From NCBI GenBank assembly GCA_020528935.1, contig JAJDFU010000095.1, forward strand, positions 1 through 33,973: 33,973 nucleotides of DNA, written 5' to 3'. The notes below the pieces were generated by a model. The model was not told the DNA's origin. It saw only the letters and a program-made list of their open reading frames with translations, and ran no database searches. The position numbers and the translations under genes were made by a program. Numbering within the stretch: position 1 is the first letter of the stretch; each line of letters starts with the position of its first letter. This stretch comes from Saprospiraceae bacterium. GTDB lineage: Bacteria > Bacteroidota > Bacteroidia > Chitinophagales > Saprospiraceae. Positions 26,304 through 32,721 of the stretch are shown one piece after another.

Positions 26304-27599
26304 TCAACCGTCCACGCTGGTATCCAGTAGGTAGGAATCGAGATCAAAACCCTCCCTTTTCAGGCTCTGGCCCGACTCGTCCAGAAAATCAATGGCCTCC
26401 ATGGCTGCCCGGAAGGCCTGGTGGCACTGAGCAGGGGTATCTCCTGCGGTCACTATGTAGAAAAAGCGATCGCCCCCGTGCCGCAGCGGGGTAATGTGGG
26501 GAAGGCCGGAATGATGCTGAAAATAATCGGCCTCCAGCACCCCTTCAATTGCCAGGGCTTGGTCCTTCCCCTTCAGCTGGGCGACGTGGCCCTCTTTTAA
26601 CGGCCCGGGGTAAGCGTTGAGGAAAGATATGATCCCCGCCGGATAGGAAGGCAGCGTCCGGTAGCTTTCATAGGCCTTCACCTCGCCCAGGCAGATATCC
26701 AGATAAAAGGCGGTGAGGTCGATCCCGCTGGCATGTTCCATCAGCCTATTCATGACACCCCCGGGGATCCGCACGCCGATCTCCAGAAACACCAATTGCT
26801 GATCGCCCTCCATGATGAATTGCGGAAAGACGATGGCGTGCTCCAGTTCCAGCGCGCTCACCAGCTGCCGGCACTTTTCCCGGACGGCACGCTCTATGCG
26901 GTCCTCGTAGCGCGACGGGTACAGGTGTCTTTTGACCAGGCCGAAAGATTCCCTGTCCTTCATGCGGTCGGAGATGATCAGATCCCTGATCTGACCGTTG
27001 TAAACCGTGAATACGGCATTGATCTCCGGCCCTTCCGCGAACCGCTCCAGGATGACCCTTCCCTGGTAGGCTTGTCCCACCGATTGTTGAAAACGATCTT
27101 CCAGTTCGTCCATGTTCCGGATTTTGAACAGCCCGGTTTGTCCGCCCGTATCACTGGACTTGATGACCAGGGGAAAGCCGGTTTGGCGGGCAAATGCCCG
27201 GGCTTCCGCCAGGCTGGTGGGGTGGGCATAGGGAAGGTCGTTGATCCCGGTTTCGGTGAAGATCCGCCGCATCTCGATCTTGCTCAGGCTCGCCTGTACG
27301 CTGTTCAGATTAAAGGTGGGCAGCCCCATCCGGCTGGCCGTGTAGTACATGGAGTACAAGCCGGATTCGGTGATCATGGAAGTGATGGCATCAATGCCCT
27401 CCCGGTGCGCATAGGCGGCGATCTTTTCGTGATCGCGCGTGCTGGCCAGCAGAAACCCATCGGCCAGTGCTCTGCCCGGCGATTCGGGATTGCCGTCAGC
27501 AAGGAGGGTGTGGTAGCCCCGGGTTTTACACCTTGCGATCATGGGCAGCTGTTCCTTGCCACCTCCCAGTACCAGTACTTTTTTTGATGCGTCGGGCAT
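26304..27599 (-). CDS. ATP-grasp domain ligase (carboxylate-amine/thiol ligase superfamily)
   Basis: Pre-ATP-grasp Rossmann segment KKVLVLGGGKEQLPMI, the ATP-grasp core (FPLVIKSSDTGGQTGLFKI...VILERFAEGPEINAVF...FLEIGVRIPGG), and a C-terminal extension of about 100 aa. It is the last gene of the comA operon. Confidence 0.85.
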   Translation of the reverse strand: MPDASKKVLVLGGGKEQLPMIARCKTRGYHTLLADGNPESPGRALADGFLLASTRDHEKIAAYAHREGIDAITSMITESGLYSMYYTASRMGLPTFNLNSVQASLSKIEMRRIFTETGINDLPYAHPTSLAEARAFARQTGFPLVIKSSDTGGQTGLFKIRNMDELEDRFQQSVGQAYQGRVILERFAEGPEINAVFTVYNGQIRDLIISDRMKDRESFGLVKRHLYPSRYEDRIERAVREKCRQLVSALELEHAIVFPQFIMEGDQQLVFLEIGVRIPGGVMNRLMEHASGIDLTAFYLDICLGEVKAYESYRTLPSYPAGIISFLNAYPGPLKEGHVAQLKGKDQALAIEGVLEADYFQHHSGLPHITPLRHGGDRFFYIVTAGDTPAQCHQAFRAAMEAIDFLDESGQSLKREGFDLDSYLLDTSVDG

Positions 27600-27609
27600 A
27601 TGCGTTGAG

Positions 27610-28137
27610 CTAAAATTTCAGAATGATCAGCTTGTTGTTCGGCACCTCAAAGGCATTCATCCTGGCGATGTTGCCGTACCGGTGAATGGCCAGAAGGCCG
27701 CGGGTGACCGCGCCGTGACCGAAGGCGAGCAGCTTGTCGCAATGGCGGTATTTTTTGAGCAGCTCAAAGAGCCGGTCCTGGAAGCCGGATAGCGGTTCGC
27801 CCAGGGTGAGCTCGAGCGCGTTTTCCTGCCAGGAGGGCGAGGTTTCGGCGATCAGCTTGTCCTTGGGCTGCCCCTCGTAGGGGCCAAAGTCCAGCTCATT
27901 CAGTAGGGGCTCCGGCCTGCCTGGCGAATAGCCGTACAGCGTTGCCGTTTCCCGCGTGCGCTTGTACTGGCTGGTCAGTACGTAATCGAAAACCACAGCG
28001 TCCAGCACGGCCTTATTGGACTGCACGGCTTCCAGTACTTCCGCCGTGGGCGGAAGGATGCCGATGTCCTTTTTGCCCTGCAGAATGCGCCGCTGGTTCC
28101 AGGAGGTCGGCAGGTGGCGTATGAGGTACCAGTTCAT
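27610..28137 (-). CDS. Histidine phosphatase superfamily protein (phosphoglycerate-mutase-like)
   Basis: N-terminal catalytic LIRHLPTSWN (an RH-x5-N block with Leu where RHG has Gly), the second Arg region (YKRTRETA) and C-terminal FGHGAVTRGL (HG). It is short at 175 aa. There is a 1-nt gap after comA and a 10-nt gap before the ATP-grasp gene. Confidence 0.75.
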   Translation of the reverse strand: MNWYLIRHLPTSWNQRRILQGKKDIGILPPTAEVLEAVQSNKAVLDAVVFDYVLTSQYKRTRETATLYGYSPGRPEPLLNELDFGPYEGQPKDKLIAETSPSWQENALELTLGEPLSGFQDRLFELLKKYRHCDKLLAFGHGAVTRGLLAIHRYGNIARMNAFEVPNNKLIILKF

Positions 28138-28138
28138 A

Positions 28139-28888
28139 TCAGGTGTTCATATCAAAGGTTTCTTTGCGCAGTCCCTGCCGCTGGGCTTCCAGGACGAGCA
28201 CACCCTGGGGAGCAATGTTGCCGAGATTGACGTTGGCGCCCACCTGATTGATGAAGAACATCTGGGCCTGGGGGGTGGGCGCTTCGAAAATGAGCCAGTC
28301 AGCACCGACCTCCTTGATGATGTCGGCCACCAGTCCGGTGCGGATCTCCCCGGACTGCCGATACACCCCGGCGGTGCCGGAATTGCGGCCCTCCGTGATC
28401 ACGTAGGTACTGCCGGCAGCACGAAGGCTCTTGATTTCGCGTATCCACTGGCTGGGCGGCATGATCTTTTCGGCGTCCTTGCTGCCCACTTCCGACAAAA
28501 CCTCAAACTCGCCGGCGAAGCGCTCAATGAGGCGCACCCGCTCTTCGAGGCTGATGTCGATCGAGCCGGCCGAAATTTCTACCGTGCGGACCCCCAGGTC
28601 GCGAACAAAGGCCATGTAGTCGTCTACCTTGCCCTGAATGTAAAATTTTTCGAACAGGGTGCCGCCCAGATAGACCTTTACATCCATGCTGTGATACAGT
28701 TCGACCTTCTTTTTGACGTTGGGCATGACGTAGGCCGTACCCACGCCCAGCTTGGCATAGTCAATGAACGAATGAAAATCGTCGAGGATATGCCGGAGCT
28801 CGCCGACTGAACAGCTCACGTCGTACAGGGAGGTGAGGCCGGTCGAACGCGGCTTTTCCGTGCGGATAGGAAGTTGAAGGGTGCGCAT
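28139..28888 (-). CDS. comA: (2R)-phospho-3-sulfolactate synthase, ComA family
   Basis: Collinear with archaeal ComA across the whole length: FIDYAKLGVGT, KVYLGGTLFE, VRTVEISAGSIDISLEER, LSEVGSKD, YVITEGRNSGTAG, LIFEAPTPQAQ and VNLGNIAPQGVLVLEAQRQGLRKETF. The start is set at MRTLQLP (ATG 28886-28888); the 737-aa track ORF is an artefactual upstream extension. Confidence 0.9.
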   Translation of the reverse strand: MRTLQLPIRTEKPRSTGLTSLYDVSCSVGELRHILDDFHSFIDYAKLGVGTAYVMPNVKKKVELYHSMDVKVYLGGTLFEKFYIQGKVDDYMAFVRDLGVRTVEISAGSIDISLEERVRLIERFAGEFEVLSEVGSKDAEKIMPPSQWIREIKSLRAAGSTYVITEGRNSGTAGVYRQSGEIRTGLVADIIKEVGADWLIFEAPTPQAQMFFINQVGANVNLGNIAPQGVLVLEAQRQGLRKETFDMNT

Positions 28889-29079
28889 GCGGGAAAGAGA
28901 TTTGGAAAGAGGCGAAAATAGGGATATTTGGGAATCGAGCCACGCGCGAGAGGATTCGGGACGTTGTGGCTTCCGTACGCCGGCCAGGGGCGGTCTGCCG
29001 CATTTCCGGTGTTCCTGCGTTTTCGAAAGGGCTTTGCTCCGGTAAAAATCACGCGATGGGGGTACCGGTCCTGCTTCCG

Positions 29080-29087
29080 TATATTTG
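29080..29087 (+). promoter_or_regulatory. Candidate -7 promoter box (TATATTTG)
   Basis: Exact TAnnTTTG match ending 8 nt before ATG 29096, the same geometry as at 2517-2524. Confidence 0.3.
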
Positions 29088-29095
29088 CGCATTCT

Positions 29096-30604
29096 ATGAG
29101 GATCCTGTTCTATTCCATTCAGGGCTTGTCGCCCTTTCACTTCGGCACGGAGCTGGAGATCATGACCCGTTTGCAGGAAGAGGGGCACGAAGTGCACGTG
29201 CTGGCCTGCAATCAGGCCCTGGACAGTTGTTTTTTCAACCCCTGCCACAACCTGCTGGGCTGTGCCATCTGCCAGGGGCGCACCGATACGTTCTTGAAAA
29301 AGATCGGAATACCGGCTGAGCGGATCCACTACCTGACCGATCATTCCGCCGACGGTCCGGATACCGAATTGGCCTTCGGGGACCTGGACGAATTGCTCCG
29401 GCTGGATGTGGACGGCCTGGAGATCGGGCGGGGAGTGGCCTCTTCGGCCATTTCCACCTTTCGGGATTACCAGCTCACCGACCAGGCCGACAAGAGCGAA
29501 TACCTGGCCGTTCAGTGGCGCATGGCCCGGCAGGTACTGCGCGACTTCGGCCGGCTGGCCCAACAGCTGCAGCCCGACCGGGTGTACCTCTTCAACGGGC
29601 GCTTTGCCGAGTATTTCCCGCTGGTGGAATACTGCCGAAAGCACGGCATTGACTACGTTACCCACGAACGGGGCAGCACCTATCAATCGTATGCCTTGTA
29701 CCCCAACAGCCTGCCCCACAGCATCACCGTCCGCCAAGGGCGCATAGCTGAACACTGGGCAGCCGCCGACCCCGAAGGGCGGGAGCGCATTGGCAGGCAG
29801 TGGTTTACCCGGCGGCGAAAAGGCGTTCTGCCCGACGCCAAGAACTTCGCCCGGGAACTGGCGACAGGGACCATGCCCGAAGGTTTCGATCCCGACCATA
29901 TAAATGTGGCCGTATTCAACTCCTCGGAAGATGAAATGAAGGCCATAGGAGAATGGCAAACGCCCCTGTATCGCCACCAAAACGAGGCGATCCGCAACAT
30001 ACTCGAGGGCTTCCGGGGGCGTCCCGGCGTGCATATCTACCTGCGAATGCACCCCAACCTCCGGGGCGTGGACAACGTGCAAACGCAGGAACTGTACGAG
30101 CTGGATTACCCCTACCTGACACTCATTCGCCCCGAGGAGCGCATCGATACCTACGCCCTGCTGGAAGCCTGCGACAAAACGATCAGTTTTGGATCCACCG
30201 TCGGCATAGAAGCCACCTTCTGGGGGCGTCCGTCCATTTTGTTCGGCAAGGCGTTCTACGATCAGCTGGATGCGGTGTATCGCCCCCGGTCGGTAGACGA
30301 ACTGATCGGACTCGTGCTGGACCCGGGCCTCCCGCCCAAGCCCTGCGCACACACCCTGCCCTACGGCTATTTCCTCAGCACCTTCGGCCGGCCGTTCCGG
30401 TATTTACAGTATCGCGACAAACACCATGCACAATTCATGGGGAAGCCCATGCGGCGCATTCACGCCGCCACCCTGTGGCGCTTTCTGCAATACCTGCCCC
30501 GCCTGGGCTGGTGGAACCGGATGAACCGGCTCATTTTTGGTCGCTCTATTACCTGGCGGGATATTTTCAAGCTCAAGTCACATACCGTTGAAAAGATCGG
30601 CTGA
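29096..30604 (+). CDS. Capsule_synth (KpsS/KpsC)-like protein, putative CMP-ulosonic-acid-dependent glycosyltransferase
   Basis: HIYLRMHPN (an HP motif) and CDKTISFGSTVGIEATFWGRPSILFGKAFY resemble the C-terminal nucleotide-sugar half of KpsS/KpsC-type proteins. An N-terminal Cys cluster reads CNQALDSCFFNPCHNLLGCAIC. The family call comes from motif memory only. The start is set at MRILFYS (ATG 29096). Confidence 0.55.
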   Translation: MRILFYSIQGLSPFHFGTELEIMTRLQEEGHEVHVLACNQALDSCFFNPCHNLLGCAICQGRTDTFLKKIGIPAERIHYLTDHSADGPDTELAFGDLDELLRLDVDGLEIGRGVASSAISTFRDYQLTDQADKSEYLAVQWRMARQVLRDFGRLAQQLQPDRVYLFNGRFAEYFPLVEYCRKHGIDYVTHERGSTYQSYALYPNSLPHSITVRQGRIAEHWAAADPEGRERIGRQWFTRRRKGVLPDAKNFARELATGTMPEGFDPDHINVAVFNSSEDEMKAIGEWQTPLYRHQNEAIRNILEGFRGRPGVHIYLRMHPNLRGVDNVQTQELYELDYPYLTLIRPEERIDTYALLEACDKTISFGSTVGIEATFWGRPSILFGKAFYDQLDAVYRPRSVDELIGLVLDPGLPPKPCAHTLPYGYFLSTFGRPFRYLQYRDKHHAQFMGKPMRRIHAATLWRFLQYLPRLGWWNRMNRLIFGRSITWRDIFKLKSHTVEKIG

Positions 30605-31919
30605 CAAGAAAAAGGTGCTCGTCATTACTTATTACTGGCCGCCCTCCGGCGGCATCACCGTGCTGCGCTGCCTCAAGATCGTGAAATACCTGCGCGACTT
30701 CGGCTGGGAGCCGGTGGTGTATACGGCCGAAAATGCGCATTATCCCTCCCTGGATCCCTCCAACCTCCGGGACATCCCCGAGGGGCTGGAGGTTATCCGT
30801 GGCAGGATCTGGGAGCCCTACGCCCTCTACAAGAAATTTACCGGGCAGGCCCGGGAAGCCAATGTCAACAACGTCTTTTACACCTCGGAGGAGGAGCAGG
30901 GAGCTGCCCACAGACTGGCCGTATGGATCCGCAGCAATTTTTTCATTCCCGATGCCCGAGCCCGCTGGATTCGGCCTTCGGTACGCCGCCTGATGCAGTA
31001 CCTGAAAGAGCATCCGGTAGATGCCCTGTTCTCGGACGGTCCTCCCCATACCAATACCCGTATCGCGACCTTGATCAAGCAAAAGACCGGTATACCCTGG
31101 CTGGCCGACTTCCAGGATCCCTGGACGCAGGTAGATTACTATCAGCTCCTTCGCCTCATGCCCTGGGCAGATCGCAAACACCACCGCCTGGAACAGGAGG
31201 CGTTTGCCGCAGCCGACAAGATCACCATCGTCAGCCCGACCTGGCGCGAAGAGCTCATGGCGCTCGGCGCACAGAACGTGTCGGTCATTCCCTGGGGATT
31301 CGATCCCGACGATTTCCCCCCAACGCCCGTCCGTCCGCCCGCGTCCTTTTCCCTGGCGCACATCGGCATTATGGGATACGACCGCAACCCCCGGCAGCTT
31401 TTCCGGGCTCTGGCCCGCCTGAAAACGAACTACCCGGCCCTGGATCAGGAGCTGGAGCTGCGTTTTGCCGGGCAGATCGATCACTCTGTGCGGGCTTCCC
31501 TGGAGGAAGCGGGGCTGGCGCCCCATCTTCATTTTCTGGGCACGGTGCCCCGCGAGGAAGCCCTGCAACTGGCCCGGGAATCTGCCGTTCTGCTTTTGCT
31601 CATCAACCAGCAGCCCAATGCGCAGGGGCGCATTCCGGGCAAGGCCTTCGAGTACCTTGCGGCCCGGCGGCCCATTCTCAGCCTGGGCCCTCCACATGCC
31701 GACGTCTCGCGCATGATCGAGGAGGTGTGTGCGGGGCGCGGCATTGCCTACGAGGCAGAAGACGCCCTCTACCGGCAGTTGGAAGAGTGGTATTTGCAGT
31801 ACCGCGCCGGTCGCCTGCAGGCGCCGCTGGACACCTCCATCGAGCAGTACTCCATCCGAAACCTCACCAGGCGCATGGCCGGCTTCCTGGATGAGATCGC
31901 TGTGCATGCCGATGCCTGA
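30588..31919 (+). CDS. GT-B fold glycosyltransferase (GT4-like)
   Basis: N-terminal KKVLVITYYWPPSGG, and C-terminal GRIPGKAFEYLAARRPIL (an EX7E-type region). There is no in-frame ATG before the conserved N-terminus, so candidate starts are TTG 30588 (MKRSADKKKVLVI), GTG 30615 or TTG 30537. Confidence 0.75.
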   Translation: MKRSADKKKVLVITYYWPPSGGITVLRCLKIVKYLRDFGWEPVVYTAENAHYPSLDPSNLRDIPEGLEVIRGRIWEPYALYKKFTGQAREANVNNVFYTSEEEQGAAHRLAVWIRSNFFIPDARARWIRPSVRRLMQYLKEHPVDALFSDGPPHTNTRIATLIKQKTGIPWLADFQDPWTQVDYYQLLRLMPWADRKHHRLEQEAFAAADKITIVSPTWREELMALGAQNVSVIPWGFDPDDFPPTPVRPPASFSLAHIGIMGYDRNPRQLFRALARLKTNYPALDQELELRFAGQIDHSVRASLEEAGLAPHLHFLGTVPREEALQLARESAVLLLLINQQPNAQGRIPGKAFEYLAARRPILSLGPPHADVSRMIEEVCAGRGIAYEAEDALYRQLEEWYLQYRAGRLQAPLDTSIEQYSIRNLTRRMAGFLDEIAVHADA

Positions 31920-32717
31920 TCAGGCTTTCGCAGGCAGTTGCAATACGATGTACAAGGCCGAGGTCACCACATTGCGCAGCCCGGGCAGCGCTGCGACCAG
32001 CGGGCTTTGCTTTCGGGGTTTCAGGCCGAACTTCGTCTCGTAATTGGGTTGGATGAGGTAAGCCTGCTGGCGCGCGATGCGATAGCCTTCCTCGCGGACG
32101 ATGCGCAGAAAGCGATCGATGCTGATGCCCGTTGCCTTGATGTCCAGGAGCTCTTCGATGCGCGATTCGGGCTCGCCGCCCCAGCGAAGGACCTGCCGGT
32201 ACAGGAGGTTGGGCAGGAGATGGTAGTAGGGGAGTTTGGACAACAGCGGATGCGCACAGATCTGCTGGTGCCCTCCAAAGGGCATATACCAGGGCGGAAA
32301 GCCCAGGAAGAAGAGGCCATCCGGTTTGAGAAAGGCCTTGGCGTAGCCCATGAAACGCTCCTGATCGGGAATGTGCTCGATCACATCCCGCATAAGGATA
32401 AGGTCAAAGGGTTCGGACAGCAGGGGCATGGCCTGGTAAATATCTTCTGCGTACAGTTCGAGGCGGTCCCGCTGCGGGTGGCCTTCGAAAAAAGCCTCGG
32501 CCAGCGCGATGCGATGCGCAGACAGGTCCACCCCGACGCAGTGGCAGCCCCGCTCCAGGAAGGGCTTGAGGTTGCCCGCTTCGCCACAGCCGATCTCCAG
32601 CACCCGCATGCCGGCCTGCAACGGCCGGACCTCCTCAATAAAGGGAATGACGTATTGGTCGGTAGTGCGGGCCTGTTCCCGGAAATACTGCTGCTTGTTC
32701 TGGTGCCTTTCCTGCAT
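31920..32717 (-). CDS. Class I SAM-dependent methyltransferase
   Basis: Motif I VLEIGCGEAGNL, the acidic residue in VGVDLS, and DLILMRDVIEHIPD. The start is set at MQERHQ (ATG 32715-32717), 4 nt after the upstream YfhO-like stop. The track ORF extension to 33032 overlaps that gene in another frame. Confidence 0.8.
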   Translation of the reverse strand: MQERHQNKQQYFREQARTTDQYVIPFIEEVRPLQAGMRVLEIGCGEAGNLKPFLERGCHCVGVDLSAHRIALAEAFFEGHPQRDRLELYAEDIYQAMPLLSEPFDLILMRDVIEHIPDQERFMGYAKAFLKPDGLFFLGFPPWYMPFGGHQQICAHPLLSKLPYYHLLPNLLYRQVLRWGGEPESRIEELLDIKATGISIDRFLRIVREEGYRIARQQAYLIQPNYETKFGLKPRKQSPLVAALPGLRNVVTSALYIVLQLPAKA

Positions 32718-32721
32718 GGCA

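Noticed and set aside
28139-28888. ComA as evidence for coenzyme M biosynthesis.
   Set aside because: No comB, comC, comD or comE-like genes are present nearby. The organism is a Bacteroidota-type bacterium, and the gene is embedded in glycan biosynthesis genes.
28889-30352. The N-terminal 488 aa of the 737-aa track ORF that ends as ComA.
   Set aside because: The ComA homology starts at MRTLQLP (ATG 28888). The upstream part is antisense to the well-supported KpsS-like gene and has shadow-ORF composition.
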